A DNA stretch of 64,000 bases. It comes from Sedimentisphaerales bacterium (lineage in GTDB: Bacteria > Planctomycetota > Phycisphaerae > Sedimentisphaerales > SM23-30). A program made the translations under genes and the position numbers. This document shows positions 19,555 through 30,422 of the stretch, one piece after another. Under the pieces are notes generated by a model. That model was not told where the DNA came from. It did not search any database and worked only from the letters and a program-made list of their open reading frames with translations. Each line of letters opens with the position of its first letter. Within the stretch, counting starts at the first letter, position 1. The DNA lies in assembly GCA_963666285.1 (NCBI GenBank), contig OY762711.1, one strand, 5' to 3'.

Positions 19555-20367
19555 TTAACCTTCTTCGCTTTCGATAATAGCGTGAAGTTTAGCAAGAGCT
19601 TCCTTTTCGATCTGTCGAACACGTTCGCGTGTCAGGTTAACTTCTTTGCCGATATCTTTGAGAGTCATTGGTTCGCCGCCGGTAAGTCCGTATCGAAGTT
19701 TTAGAATAGTAGCTTCGCGCTGGTCCATCATATCGAGCAGGTTCCTGATATTGTCCATCTCGTCTGCGGTAGTCATCGGATCTTCCGGTCGAGGCGTTTT
19801 AATATCTTCCAGCATATCATTTATGGCGTTAGAATCTTCTGAAGCGGGCATTTGTGTGCCGGAAGAAGAAGCTTCTACCGCTTTTCTAATGATATTGATC
19901 TTCTTTTGAGATACCTGCATCGCCTCACTCATCTCGGTGAGGGTAGGAGTTCTGCCGAGCTTGTCGGTAAGAGCAACCATAGACTGTTTCCAGCGTGTAA
20001 TCATTTCCACCATATATGCCGGGACATGGATAGGCTGGGTACTGTTAACCAGTGACCGTTTGATAGCCTGCTTAATCCACCAGGAAGCGTAAGTGCTGAA
20101 CCGAACGCCATGAACAGGGTCGAACCCTTCGACCGCTCTCATAAGTCCGAGATTACCCTCTTCGATGAGGTCAGCCAGCATCATGCCGGATTTGACATAT
20201 TTTTTAGCTATATTAACAACGAGCCTTAGATTACTGCGAATCATGAGGTCTCTAGCTTCGGGGTCGCCATCCATAACGCGATAGGCCAGCTCTTTTTCCT
20301 CGTCTGCTGTCAGCAAGTCTGTCGCGTTGATCTCTTCAAGATAAACTTGTAATGTAGAATCAACCAT
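19555..20367 (-). CDS. RpoD/SigA-family sigma-70 factor (short, lacks region 1.1)
   Basis: YLEEI..LLTADEE, SNLRLVVNIAK, RFSTYASWWIKQAI, LTRERVRQIE. Confidence 0.95.
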   Translation of the reverse strand: MVDSTLQVYLEEINATDLLTADEEKELAYRVMDGDPEARDLMIRSNLRLVVNIAKKYVKSGMMLADLIEEGNLGLMRAVEGFDPVHGVRFSTYASWWIKQAIKRSLVNSTQPIHVPAYMVEMITRWKQSMVALTDKLGRTPTLTEMSEAMQVSQKKINIIRKAVEASSSGTQMPASEDSNAINDMLEDIKTPRPEDPMTTADEMDNIRNLLDMMDQREATILKLRYGLTGGEPMTLKDIGKEVNLTRERVRQIEKEALAKLHAIIESEEG

Positions 20368-20620
20368 TTTTTTACCTTCCCTATTAAGGAATATTTTCAT
20401 TACCGAAAAAAATCAGTAATATGAAGAGAACACTACAAAATTCTCTTCTATCGTATGTTTTAATTATCGGCTGTAATATAATTATAGTTTAACAGGTGTT
20501 TTCAGGTTTCATAAAAAAACAAAATTTCAGTGTTGTAACTCCACTTTTGGGCCTACCATTAAAGCTTATTTATAGCGAATTGATTTAAGAAAACCAGAAT
20601 CCAACGCCGATAAATTCGAC

Positions 20621-21676
20621 ATGAGAAATAAACAATCCAATAAAAAATCAGATAATAGTTTAAAATCAATAAAACCTATATGCTTCCATATTAATATGCC
20701 TCAAAAGGCTGTTTTTATACACATTTTTTTTATTTTTTTTATTTTTGGATGTTCCAGTGTTGTTTATACGCCAGAACAGGAGGCTAAGTTTGTAAAACCA
20801 ACGATAGCGGTGCTGACCTTTGAAAATCGAGCTCAATCAACTATGCAAAGTCAGATTGGTGCCGGAATGGCCGAACAATTAACAGAAAGGCTGATAGCTA
20901 CGAAGAGATATGTCGTGATTGAACGTCAGTATTTCAACCAGATCCTCAAGGAGCTGAACCAGAGCCAGGGTACGATGTTCCGCGATCAGGGTCGTCTGCA
21001 AATGGGTCAGCTGAAACATGTAAAATATCTGATACGTGGAGTAGTAACAGATTTTGGCCATGTCGAGACTACCCATGGAATAGGTCGAATCCTGACGGTT
21101 TTTGGACCTACCAGTTATTCAATTGTAGCAGCTACATTGACAGTAGTAGATGTTCAGACGGGTCAGACGGTGGCGAGTATAAGTGTTGAGGGTAAGGCAA
21201 AGACGACTAATCAGCAGGACTCAATGCGGGATGACAGTGTAGCGTTTGGCGGTCATGCATTTTACAAAACCACATTAGGTCGGGCTACCAACGAGATGCT
21301 GGATAAGGCAGTGTGGGAGATCACCCAGGTTTTAGCAGAGACAAAATATCATCCCAAAGTTGCCCGGGTTGATGGCGATATGCTTTATATAACCGGTGGT
21401 GAAGATCGTATGATTGAGGTTGGCGATACATATGTTGTTCGTGGAATACCTAAAAGTATAATTGACCCGGATACAGGAGATATCCTTGGAAACATACCGG
21501 GTGAATTTGTCGGTAAAGTCAAGATCTTGAATGTGAGTGATAAATTTTCTTATGGCAAGATAGAGCTTGGAGACAGCTTTGCCGAGGGCCAGATATTGTA
21601 TAAGCCGGAAGATGACCCGGCATATGATCCGATGCCAGAGGGAGATCCGAGGATTCCGTTTATTAATCGCGATTAG
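20621..21676 (+). CDS. CsgG/HfaB-family lipoprotein with FlgT-like C-terminal domain
   Basis: Lipobox IFGC, KPTIAVLTFEN, YVVIERQ, IIDPDTGDILG. Confidence 0.75.
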   Translation: MRNKQSNKKSDNSLKSIKPICFHINMPQKAVFIHIFFIFFIFGCSSVVYTPEQEAKFVKPTIAVLTFENRAQSTMQSQIGAGMAEQLTERLIATKRYVVIERQYFNQILKELNQSQGTMFRDQGRLQMGQLKHVKYLIRGVVTDFGHVETTHGIGRILTVFGPTSYSIVAATLTVVDVQTGQTVASISVEGKAKTTNQQDSMRDDSVAFGGHAFYKTTLGRATNEMLDKAVWEITQVLAETKYHPKVARVDGDMLYITGGEDRMIEVGDTYVVRGIPKSIIDPDTGDILGNIPGEFVGKVKILNVSDKFSYGKIELGDSFAEGQILYKPEDDPAYDPMPEGDPRIPFINRD

Positions 21677-21714
21677 AGCAAATTTTTCAGTAGAAACATC
21701 AGGGCGATTTTTTG

Positions 21715-23307
21715 CTATGCTTGATGGTCGAAATTTTGTCCGGTATTCTTTTTGTACGTTCTGGTTAGAATAACGGTAGTACCGGAAATCATATCGCCCG
21801 GTCTTTGTTTGCGAGGAGAGATGGTCATTATGATGACGATAAGCGGCAGGGTGATAAAGATAGCAAAGGAAAGTAATTCCAATATCCTGTAAATATTTCT
21901 GATCAATATTCTTCTGAAGGCCTTTTCTTTGATTGGTGCAAGTGTATTGTAATCAGCTATTTTAATGCCAAAGAGCGCTTTACCCGGAGTGTAAGCCAGG
22001 AGCCATTCAAAAAGAGTGAAGTATAAGATCATGACAATAAATAGAGAGGCTATCATTATGAAAAGCTGGGTTAGGTCGATATTGATAATGCCGGATGTTT
22101 GCTCCTGAACCTGCATTTGCTCATAAATTTTGATAAGCTGTTCGTTATTAACCAGGTGGGCGAGGTCTAAGAAGAAGAAAAGTATGTCCAAAACGAACGA
22201 CATGCAAATCATATCTATGATAAAGGCCGGCAGTCTCAGGGTTACCGGGCACGGTCTGCCTTGTGCAGTTTGCGGTACAGGTCCTCCGGCAACGGCTTTT
22301 CTGAAATATATAATAATAGTTACAGCAACAATTACAGTTGATAAGTATCCCAGTATTTGAATATAAATTTCTTTAATGGCTTCCCCGGTGCTGATAGGAT
22401 AAGAAACCAGCGGTTCGCCAATGAGCGTTCCGTTAAGATCGTATTTCTGGATGTAAATTTGCTTTTCGTGATAGACCGCGAACATCAGGTCGCTCTGGCA
22501 GCTGGCGAACGAGAACTTTTTTGAAGTTATCTCCGGCAGCGTATTTGTTGGTATTTCAACTTTGCTGGTGAAGCTGTTGTTGATGAATTTAGCAGCGATA
22601 AATCTTGGTTTGTGGCTATCGACCTGGGTAATAAAAACATTAGTACGGTTAACACTGATAATAGCATTAATAGATTTGAGTTTCAGGTTTTCATCAAGTG
22701 AAATGTCAAGACCGGCAAGGGCGTTGTCATTGACGGCATCGCAGATGAGTGTACCGTCAGAAGTAATGCCGGCCAGGTAAACCTGATTATCTAAAACGAA
22801 AATTCTCGGGGTAAGATATTTTTCGGAGATATCAGCAGGCAGAGCAGAATAAAGGATCCACTGATTATTATCGAGATAGAATATGGAATATTCACCATTG
22901 CTGCTGGTGAGAATATAGATTTTGTTTTTGTAAGAGACGGCATTATACGGCAGATAATTTTCAGGCAGGCTCTGGTAAGTTGTTTTTTGGCCGTTGCTGC
23001 CGTAACCCAGACAGGTTCCATCGCTAAAGAAAGCTACGGCATTGCTGTCATGACAGATAAAGAAACCGGGTGAGCTGGGATATTTATTGAGCAGCAAAGG
23101 GGATTGCGGCTCATTGGAATGAGAATGAAAAACAGAAAAACTCGTTTTGTCATCGAAGTGGTTTTTCATTATGTAGTAGATATTGTTACTGTCGCTGACA
23201 GTGTCGAAATAAACGCTACCTGGGATGTCCTGGGAGCCGACCAGCGGGCAGCAGGCGGCAGCGAGGATCATTAACAGTATTAATATTTTGTTGGCATAAA
23301 AAGACAT
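21715..23307 (-). CDS. RDD-family membrane protein with large N-terminal extracytoplasmic domain
   Basis: RLPAFIID, YFTLFE...TPGK, IRN, KQRPGDMISGT. Confidence 0.85.
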   Translation of the reverse strand: MSFYANKILILLMILAAACCPLVGSQDIPGSVYFDTVSDSNNIYYIMKNHFDDKTSFSVFHSHSNEPQSPLLLNKYPSSPGFFICHDSNAVAFFSDGTCLGYGSNGQKTTYQSLPENYLPYNAVSYKNKIYILTSSNGEYSIFYLDNNQWILYSALPADISEKYLTPRIFVLDNQVYLAGITSDGTLICDAVNDNALAGLDISLDENLKLKSINAIISVNRTNVFITQVDSHKPRFIAAKFINNSFTSKVEIPTNTLPEITSKKFSFASCQSDLMFAVYHEKQIYIQKYDLNGTLIGEPLVSYPISTGEAIKEIYIQILGYLSTVIVAVTIIIYFRKAVAGGPVPQTAQGRPCPVTLRLPAFIIDMICMSFVLDILFFFLDLAHLVNNEQLIKIYEQMQVQEQTSGIINIDLTQLFIMIASLFIVMILYFTLFEWLLAYTPGKALFGIKIADYNTLAPIKEKAFRRILIRNIYRILELLSFAIFITLPLIVIIMTISPRKQRPGDMISGTTVILTRTYKKNTGQNFDHQA

Positions 23308-24180
23308 TTATTCTTCCGGGCAATCTTTATCGAGTTGTTCAAATTGTAGAACCTGTTCAAGGGCAATTTTGAACAGAAAGTTTTTGTCTTTGGGGTTATT
23401 ACTATATTTATCTATCTTAAGTTCAAGGTAAGCATCATTCGGCAGATAATCAAGCCGGACCCTTGTAGGCAGCATCGGTCCTGATTCAACCTGTTTGAAC
23501 TTGTCCAGGGTGCTTTCAATGATTTTTTTACCGTCAATGGAATAGATACATATTTTCTTTGGTATATTTTCATAGCGGTCAAAAAAGACTTCATGCAGGT
23601 AAAGCGTCAGGTCATTTTCGTTTACATATTCAATGATGTTATACTTGTCGGTAATCTTATAAGCCATAATTTTTTCGACAGGTATAGTTTTCAGGGTCAG
23701 CGTTTCCATCAAAGAAGAAATATTGATCGGCATAGCTTTGCTGCATGGTTTGCCGATATTTTTATGTCTACCCCAGTATCCATTTTGTTTATTACTGTCG
23801 ATCATCATGCCATAGTATTCCTGTTCGGAGACGAGCATAACAACTTTTGGTTTCAGTAGAGTGTCAAGCTGGATATAAATTCTTGGCAGATCCTGTTCTC
23901 CGACAGGCGGATAGTAGTATATTCTTCCACCGGAATCACTACCTTCATCGCTTTTCCATTTCCCCAGCTTTGCGTAGAAAGGTTCGATGCTGCTGATATT
24001 GTTGTTGTAAGCGGTAAGCACATCATCAAGCATAAGTACCGGAGGCGGTGCAGCATGTTTCGGCTGACAACCGGTAACGGTCAGGATAAGAATTAATAGT
24101 AAACCTGCAAATGAGAAACGAGCAGCTACCGTACCGTGCGAGCGGCAGGCGAATTCAGGTTTTAATATACAAGTTTGCAT
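23308..24180 (-). CDS. Hypothetical lipoprotein
   Basis: Lipobox VTGC; 290-aa ORF in a minus-strand operon. Confidence 0.7.
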   Translation of the reverse strand: MQTCILKPEFACRSHGTVAARFSFAGLLLILILTVTGCQPKHAAPPPVLMLDDVLTAYNNNISSIEPFYAKLGKWKSDEGSDSGGRIYYYPPVGEQDLPRIYIQLDTLLKPKVVMLVSEQEYYGMMIDSNKQNGYWGRHKNIGKPCSKAMPINISSLMETLTLKTIPVEKIMAYKITDKYNIIEYVNENDLTLYLHEVFFDRYENIPKKICIYSIDGKKIIESTLDKFKQVESGPMLPTRVRLDYLPNDAYLELKIDKYSNNPKDKNFLFKIALEQVLQFEQLDKDCPEE

Positions 24181-24237
24181 TATAATCCTTTACAACATTA
24201 ATAGTGCCAGTTCGGCCATTTGAACAGCTATATAATC

Positions 24238-24729
24238 TTAATCGAAATCGCCGTTAAGTATTGAGCTAAGCTCTTGTGACACTTCCTGGATTTTTTCGTC
24301 GTCCAGGTGCGGGTTGATAACGTCATGCAGGTTCGGGTCCTTGACCATTTTCATTTTCCAGATTTCTTTGCCATCCTGATTAGCCGTTGTTTCATATTTA
24401 AGAATTCTTTTTCTCATGAGAATAAGTGCGAGAACGAACCGGAAGTTGATTTTCTTTTCCTGATCTTCTCCAGCAAGTCTAAGAAAGACGTTAGTCAAAA
24501 CGTTGTTGTCAACGAGCAGTTTTTGTTTTTCTTCCTTAACCGGGACTTTTGACTTCCAATAGCAGTAGACTTCAGGCTGGCTGGTTTCCCAGAATTCTTT
24601 ACAAAAATCAACACGATCAAATCCTTCTTCGGTTTCGATCAAAGCTGCATATATTTCTTCGCCTGGGGCGAGCTCTTTTTCGGTACCACCGCATTTACCG
24701 GAGGTTCGTTGTACTTTCCATTGTTCCAT
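24238..24729 (-). CDS. Hypothetical protein
   Basis: 163-aa ORF with host-like codon usage, in operon context. Confidence 0.75.
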   Translation of the reverse strand: MEQWKVQRTSGKCGGTEKELAPGEEIYAALIETEEGFDRVDFCKEFWETSQPEVYCYWKSKVPVKEEKQKLLVDNNVLTNVFLRLAGEDQEKKINFRFVLALILMRKRILKYETTANQDGKEIWKMKMVKDPNLHDVINPHLDDEKIQEVSQELSSILNGDFD

Positions 24730-24830
24730 ATATTTAAGATATTTATTTCGTTAGGTGAGTTTATGCCATTCGGCAAAATTTATAATTTATTTTTTTGTTA
24801 TTATTATCTACAAATAACAGATATTGTCAG

Positions 24831-25241
24831 TTATTTAGTTGACTCTGCCTGTATTTTCATACGTTCGGCACGAATGATAAGTTTGTTTTGGTCAACTTCC
24901 TGCCGGGCAGTCAGTTCAAAATCCCATTCGTGATTATCCTTGAATGTAAATGGAACCAGGCATTCGGAGACGAAATCTAATGCCGGCCACTGATACAGAG
25001 GAGCTTCGGCTTTCCTGGAGGTGTTTATTGGTTCGTATCCATTTTTACGCAGCGTGACGGAATACTCGCCATACCAGGTGAAAGGTACGGTAATCGGAGT
25101 AGTACCGATCTCCTGATCGTTGAGCCAGACTACGGCGCCTGGCGGTCTTGAGGTAACCTTGATAAATCTTTCTACACAGCCGGTATTGAACAGGAGTACT
25201 GCAGAAAGGATAATCATAGTAGTTTTTTTTGTTTTATTCAT
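24831..25241 (-). CDS. PEGA-domain lipoprotein
   Basis: NTGC lipobox, VTSRPPGAVVWLNDQEIGTTP, YSVTLRKNGY. Confidence 0.88.
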   Translation of the reverse strand: MNKTKKTTMIILSAVLLFNTGCVERFIKVTSRPPGAVVWLNDQEIGTTPITVPFTWYGEYSVTLRKNGYEPINTSRKAEAPLYQWPALDFVSECLVPFTFKDNHEWDFELTARQEVDQNKLIIRAERMKIQAESTK

Positions 25242-25304
25242 TCTTCTTACTTACCAGTAGCCTGGTTTGATGTGGTAAAGCAGTATACCACAGATTTATA
25301 TTCA

Positions 25305-25463
25305 GGCAACTTCTGAAAATTCATTTTGAGCGACTAGTTTTTCTTTTGTACTGACATGTGTCACATAAAACATTGAATACAGCTCAATATGCACGATTTT
25401 ATGTTCCTTGTCAGCGACCAAAATCTTAAACTGCCGCATCAAAAGCAATTTCCAGAGGTCACT
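25305..25463. mobile_element. MITE, degenerate copy
   Basis: Aligns end to end with 34509-34668; TIR-like ends GGCAACTTCTGAAAATT / AATTTCCAGAGGTCACT. Confidence 0.8.
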
Positions 25464-25506
25464 TTTAGTTTATCACCCTGAAATATTTAACGGCAATACA
25501 CAGGAT

Positions 25507-25698
25507 TTATACTTCTTCCGGGTATTGACGCTGGTCAGATCTTTTTTCGGCAGTAACAGCCCGATAGAGGCTCCAGGTCAGTCCGCCGCCGATAGAGACG
25601 ATCATAAATATCAGAGTAGCCCATGCAGCAAACGAGAGTTCTCCATCGTATACTATCTTTGAAGATCCTTCTGCTATTGTCGCAAGCATGTTATACAT
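25507..25698 (-). CDS. Small single-TM protein, MetS-like NSS transporter small subunit
   Basis: One TM segment; lies directly downstream of the NSS transporter. Confidence 0.65.
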   Translation of the reverse strand: MYNMLATIAEGSSKIVYDGELSFAAWATLIFMIVSIGGGLTWSLYRAVTAEKRSDQRQYPEEV

Positions 25699-25723
25699 GT
25701 TTCACCTAAAAATACGTTTAAGT

Positions 25724-27469
25724 TTATTCGAATTCTTTAATATTAGTCAGCCTGGTATTTGGCCATAGTGCCAGAATGAACGAAAGCAGTATCGCTATAC
25801 AGTTCATAGCCAGCCCAAACATGTCACTACCGATAAGGTTGCCGTTGGCGTCAACAATAAATCCGCCGGATTTTGTAATACTGCCAATAATATTCTTATT
25901 ACTATCAATAACAGTGTTATCTTTAACGACTATTGTAGCGATCAGTTTGCCTTCGGTGTCCAGGATGTCACCGGATTTTTTGTCATAATGTCCGAGTATA
26001 GAGCCGTCACCAGCAACCAGGCTACAGTCTGCAAGTGCGATTTTTCCGACAGAATTGCCACCATGATCAATATATTCATATACATGAGAATTGATTTTGT
26101 CGTATAGTCCCCAGATGATAAGTATGGTAAGTACGCCTGGTACAACGTACCTGATCATAGCGATCCACCAGTTACCGACTTTCCAGTCGCTTCGTTCGTT
26201 GGCATGGTCTTTCAGTTTGTTGAGATTAAAGAACCAGGCTAGAGCAATACATTGCACCAGAACCACGCAGGTTATACCGAATTCACCTTCGTTAATGAAA
26301 GAGTCAACAGTGGCGAACCATTGGAGCCCGCCCTCGGTGATATAAAGCAGGCCGAGTATGCAACCGATGCCTGACATGACGGTAAGTATCTTTACGCGAG
26401 ACCAGCCGGTTTTGTCTTTTATACTGGAAAGGGAAGCTTCAGTAAGCGAGAATGCCGAGTCAAGTCCCAGGATAAACAGGGCGAAGAAAAATACGGTCGA
26501 GAAGAATTTAGGATACGGCATATTGGCCAGTGCTTTTGGGAACGCGACAAACGCCAGTCCCAAAGATGAATCAAGTACTTCGCTGATTTCTTTTTGTTGC
26601 TCTAAAGCAAAGGCACCCAGAGTGGCAAAAACGGTAAGCCCGGCAACAAAGCTGGTACCGAGGTCGGCGAGGCCTATGATCATGGCATTGTTATTGATAT
26701 CACTTTTGCGGTGCAGGTAGCTGGCATAGGTGATCATGGTACCGAAACCAATTGACATGGAGAAACAGACATGGCCAAAAGCAGTGCGCCAGATATGTGA
26801 TTCTCCGAGCATCGCCCAGTTAGGTTCGAGGAAATATTCGACTCCGCTCATAGATCCTTCCATGGTCAAGCTTCGCCAAAGCAGCAGAATAAGCATGAAC
26901 CATGGTATCGGAACAATGAACAGCACGAGTTTTCCTATATAGTGAACTCCGCGGAAGATGCAGAGGAACATCATGACCCAAACGGCGATAAGCGAAAATA
27001 AAATTGACGGTCTGACGGTACCAATAGCAAAAGTGCCGTTATTTTTGAGATAATCTTTGAAGAAGCGGTCATTGGCATTTTCAAGCCATGGCAGTTCGCT
27101 ACCATTAAAGATGCTGTACAGGCTATCGATCAGGTAATTGAAGCACCAGGCCAGCACTACAGCATAGTAGCAAACAATAATAAAGCTGGAGACAATAGCC
27201 CACCAGCCGATGAACTCCATTTTTTTGTTAATTTTGCCAAAAGCGAAAGGAGCAGATTTTTGGGTATAATGACCGAGTGAGAATTCGAGAATGAGCAGCG
27301 GTATGCCGATTGAGAGCATTGCGACAATATAAGGGATAAGGAAGGCTCCACCCCCGTTAGCATAAGTTTCATGCGGGAACCGCCATACATTACCTAAACC
27401 AACAGCAGACCCGATAGCGGCCAGAACGAACCCGGCACGGGAACCCCAGTTTTCTCGTGTTTCTTTCAT
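25724..27469 (-). CDS. Sodium-dependent transporter, NSS/SNF family
   Basis: RENWGSRAGFVLAAIGSAVGLGNVWRFP..NGGGAFLIPY. Confidence 0.96.
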   Translation of the reverse strand: MKETRENWGSRAGFVLAAIGSAVGLGNVWRFPHETYANGGGAFLIPYIVAMLSIGIPLLILEFSLGHYTQKSAPFAFGKINKKMEFIGWWAIVSSFIIVCYYAVVLAWCFNYLIDSLYSIFNGSELPWLENANDRFFKDYLKNNGTFAIGTVRPSILFSLIAVWVMMFLCIFRGVHYIGKLVLFIVPIPWFMLILLLWRSLTMEGSMSGVEYFLEPNWAMLGESHIWRTAFGHVCFSMSIGFGTMITYASYLHRKSDINNNAMIIGLADLGTSFVAGLTVFATLGAFALEQQKEISEVLDSSLGLAFVAFPKALANMPYPKFFSTVFFFALFILGLDSAFSLTEASLSSIKDKTGWSRVKILTVMSGIGCILGLLYITEGGLQWFATVDSFINEGEFGITCVVLVQCIALAWFFNLNKLKDHANERSDWKVGNWWIAMIRYVVPGVLTILIIWGLYDKINSHVYEYIDHGGNSVGKIALADCSLVAGDGSILGHYDKKSGDILDTEGKLIATIVVKDNTVIDSNKNIIGSITKSGGFIVDANGNLIGSDMFGLAMNCIAILLSFILALWPNTRLTNIKEFE

Positions 27470-27479
27470 GATGAATTAA

Positions 27480-28346
27480 TTAATCAGATTTGTCTCCGCC
27501 AGTTTTAAGTCCAAGCAGAGAAAGAGAATCCTGCTCAACAATTCCCCTGAGCTGTTCTCGTGGGATAGCGGGTAAAACTGAATCTCGAGTGATTTTATTC
27601 AGGTTATAAATATATTCGACAGCTTCAGAGACGGTATAATTCGGGAAGTCGCTGCCGAAAAGGAGTTTGTCCATTACTTCATATTCATATGCGAGGATAA
27701 GAGACCGATAAGCCTGGAACGGTTTATTGGTGAGTCCGGCAATGTCGGCATAGACATTTTCATGCTTGGTTAGAAGTGAGATGGTTTGATCGATCCATGG
27801 GAAACCGAGATGTGAAATGATAATTTTCATATCCGGGAAGTCCCTGGCAACCTCATCAATGCCGCTTGGTGCCGCAAGGTTTAATGACGCTTTGAACGGC
27901 AGCTGCACGCCATACAGGAAATATACGGGTAACTTGTTGTCCTGGGCGATTTCATATAGCCTGCAAGCTTTACTATGGTAAGGGTGGAAATCCTGACAGG
28001 CGGGGCTTACGGTAAATCCGGATAGTATGCCTTCATCGATGATCTGGTTGAGCTCATCCCTGGCACCATCACACATCGGGTCGAGCCCTGCAAAGCCAAT
28101 GAGGCTTTCAGGTTGGGCAGAGACGTAGCTGCTGATGAATTTGTTAGGAATCTCACATTCCAGCAGTTTACTGACAAACCCCAGGATAATGGTGATATCA
28201 GCTGGTCCGGAAGAAGCCTGATGCTCGCCGGAGCTGATAAGGTTAGGAACATCGTCAGTATTCTGAGGTACCAGGCACGAAAATTTCGATGCTTTTCCCA
28301 GGCATTCCCTTGACGGCCATATGTGACTGTGACAATCTACTATCAT
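27480..28346 (-). CDS. Amidohydrolase_2 family protein
   Basis: DCHSH, IIISHLGFPW, NVYADI, LLFGSDFP. Confidence 0.9.
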   Translation of the reverse strand: MIVDCHSHIWPSRECLGKASKFSCLVPQNTDDVPNLISSGEHQASSGPADITIILGFVSKLLECEIPNKFISSYVSAQPESLIGFAGLDPMCDGARDELNQIIDEGILSGFTVSPACQDFHPYHSKACRLYEIAQDNKLPVYFLYGVQLPFKASLNLAAPSGIDEVARDFPDMKIIISHLGFPWIDQTISLLTKHENVYADIAGLTNKPFQAYRSLILAYEYEVMDKLLFGSDFPNYTVSEAVEYIYNLNKITRDSVLPAIPREQLRGIVEQDSLSLLGLKTGGDKSD

Positions 28347-28826
28347 AGTTTTCTTTTTTGAATATATTTAATAGAGATTTATATTAGAAGGGCAAGAATA
28401 GTTTTCGCCCTTTCGTAACTTAACATAATACCTAACAGAAGCTTACGTCTGGCAGATATTGCACCACGAACCAATTAATACAGTCCAAGGCAACAGTTAT
28501 AAAGTATATCTCGATTATAGATAAAATGAAAGCAAAAAAGTAGTTATAACACATCTCAGGCGGCTTTTGAGTGAAGTATAGTGCAAAATATCAGTTAATC
28601 TTAATCTAGCGGCAGTTCAAGAAAGATCGTCCTGCAAGAGGCAGTAAAAATTTTTTTATAAACAAGTTAGATATTTTTACTTTGGATAATAAGTGTTGGT
28701 TTTACTTAAGTTGTTACTGGGTAGTGTTTTATGTAATTATGTTGACTTTATGGGTGTGGTTTATGTATTATATGGAGTGTGTTTTATTTTAAATGTTTTA
28801 CTTAATTATTTTATGAGGTGGTGAAA

Positions 28827-29591
28827 ATGAAGAAAATGTGTTCTTTATTGCTAATCCTTGGATTAGCGTCAATTGTTTCTGCGTCAACAACAATCCATAC
28901 TATTACTCCAGATGACTTAGAAGGCGATAAACTGACTTTTTATACAGATCCTACAGCTATTGCCGGTTGGGACTGGGATGAAATAGCTCCTGCTGGTATT
29001 TCAACAAATTACTATTCTGACCCTGATTTAGGAACAGGTTCTTTTTATGCCAGTGTTCAGGGAAGTGCTGCAGGTACAGGTACTGATTATACAGCATTGC
29101 GAATTAATGCCAATCATTTATTTGGATATGATATGAAGTTTTCAGACCTTGCGAATTTGACTTATTCAACAGATTATGTTGGTGAATATGTTGACTGGCA
29201 GGTTAAGATTTATACTGCACCATTAGATGCTTCCGGTCCCTGGTATGCAACAAGGATAAACTATAATAGAGGTGATAGTTTGAATACTGGCTGGGAGACC
29301 TATTCCATAAACGGTACTGGTGGTCTTGGAATCCAGAGTATATCAGATAAATATCCTTCGTCAGCAGATTATTCAAATGAAATAATACTGCATATTGATA
29401 TTATTGTTGGTTATATGACCGATAGTCCATCAGGAGAATCATATCTTGATAATGTTATTCTAACAGACACTAACGGCGATTCTCACATTCTTGATCTTGA
29501 AGCATCTCCAACAGTTCCAGCACCAGCAGCTATCCTGCTTGCTGGTTTTGGTACATCACTGGTTGGCGGTCTGCGTCGCAGACTGAGATAG
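28827..29591 (+). CDS. Secreted protein with PEP-CTERM-like (VPAPAA) sorting tail
   Basis: Signal peptide; C-terminal VPAPAAILLAGFGTSLVGGLRRRLR. Confidence 0.88.
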   Translation: MKKMCSLLLILGLASIVSASTTIHTITPDDLEGDKLTFYTDPTAIAGWDWDEIAPAGISTNYYSDPDLGTGSFYASVQGSAAGTGTDYTALRINANHLFGYDMKFSDLANLTYSTDYVGEYVDWQVKIYTAPLDASGPWYATRINYNRGDSLNTGWETYSINGTGGLGIQSISDKYPSSADYSNEIILHIDIIVGYMTDSPSGESYLDNVILTDTNGDSHILDLEASPTVPAPAAILLAGFGTSLVGGLRRRLR

Positions 29592-29616
29592 TTTAGATCT
29601 GTAAGTTGTAAAATAT

Positions 29617-29647
29617 AAAGGGTTTGCATTAAGTTGCAAACCCTTTT
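29617..29647. terminator. Bidirectional intrinsic terminator
   Basis: AAAGGGTTTGCA-TTAAGT-TGCAAACCCTTTT between convergent genes. Confidence 0.8.
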
Positions 29648-29696
29648 GAATTTTAAACTATGAGTTGTAGTTGATTAGTCGGCAGTGACAGGATGA

Positions 29697-30323
29697 TTAA
29701 ATTTTAGAGAAGTTTTCCAGGATTTTCAGACCGAAGTTTTGAGATTTTTCCGGGTGAAACTGAGTGGCAAACAGGTTACCGCGTTTTATACTGGAGCAAA
29801 ACTCTATGCCATGGTCGGTAGTAGTCGCAACCACAGAATCATCCTCTGGTACAACATAGTAAGAGTGAACAAAGTAAACGTATGTTTCATTTGGCAGGCC
29901 CTCGTAAATTGGGTTGCCAGGATTAATTTGCAGGCGATTCCAGCCCATATGAGGGATTTTCAATTCATTTTTGTCAGGATGGCCAGTGAAGTCGAATTTT
30001 ACAACCTTGCCCGGAACGATTCCCATTCCCTGATATTCGCCATCTTCGTAGCTGACATCAAAGAGCATTTGCAGTCCTAAGCATATTCCCAGAAAAGGTT
30101 TACCGCTGTCGACGAATTTCTTTACCGGTTCGACAAACCCTTTGTCCTGGAGGGTTGCTATAGCGTCCCTGAAGGCGCCGACGCCAGGTAGTACCAGTTT
30201 GTCGGCAGCATCTACCTCGTCAGGATTAGAAATGATAATTGCGTCAGCTCCAACCTTTTCGAAGCCTTTTTGTACGCTGTGCAGGTTGCCCATGCCATAA
30301 TCTATAATTGCTATCTTACTCAT
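29697..30323 (-). CDS. hisH: Imidazole glycerol phosphate synthase glutaminase subunit
   Basis: [41 protein letters not shown]. Confidence 0.98.
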   Translation of the reverse strand: MSKIAIIDYGMGNLHSVQKGFEKVGADAIIISNPDEVDAADKLVLPGVGAFRDAIATLQDKGFVEPVKKFVDSGKPFLGICLGLQMLFDVSYEDGEYQGMGIVPGKVVKFDFTGHPDKNELKIPHMGWNRLQINPGNPIYEGLPNETYVYFVHSYYVVPEDDSVVATTTDHGIEFCSSIKRGNLFATQFHPEKSQNFGLKILENFSKI

Positions 30324-30422
30324 CTTTTTTGCTCAATAAAAAGGGCAAGGAAAAATCCCTTGCCCGAAGTTCTAATTAAAATAATACAAGGGTTACGTAA
30401 AAGCCAACCCCCATTTTAAGTT

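Noticed and set aside
24190..24210. TGGCAC on the minus strand upstream of 24180 as a sigma54 promoter
   Set aside because: No TTGC at the -12 position.
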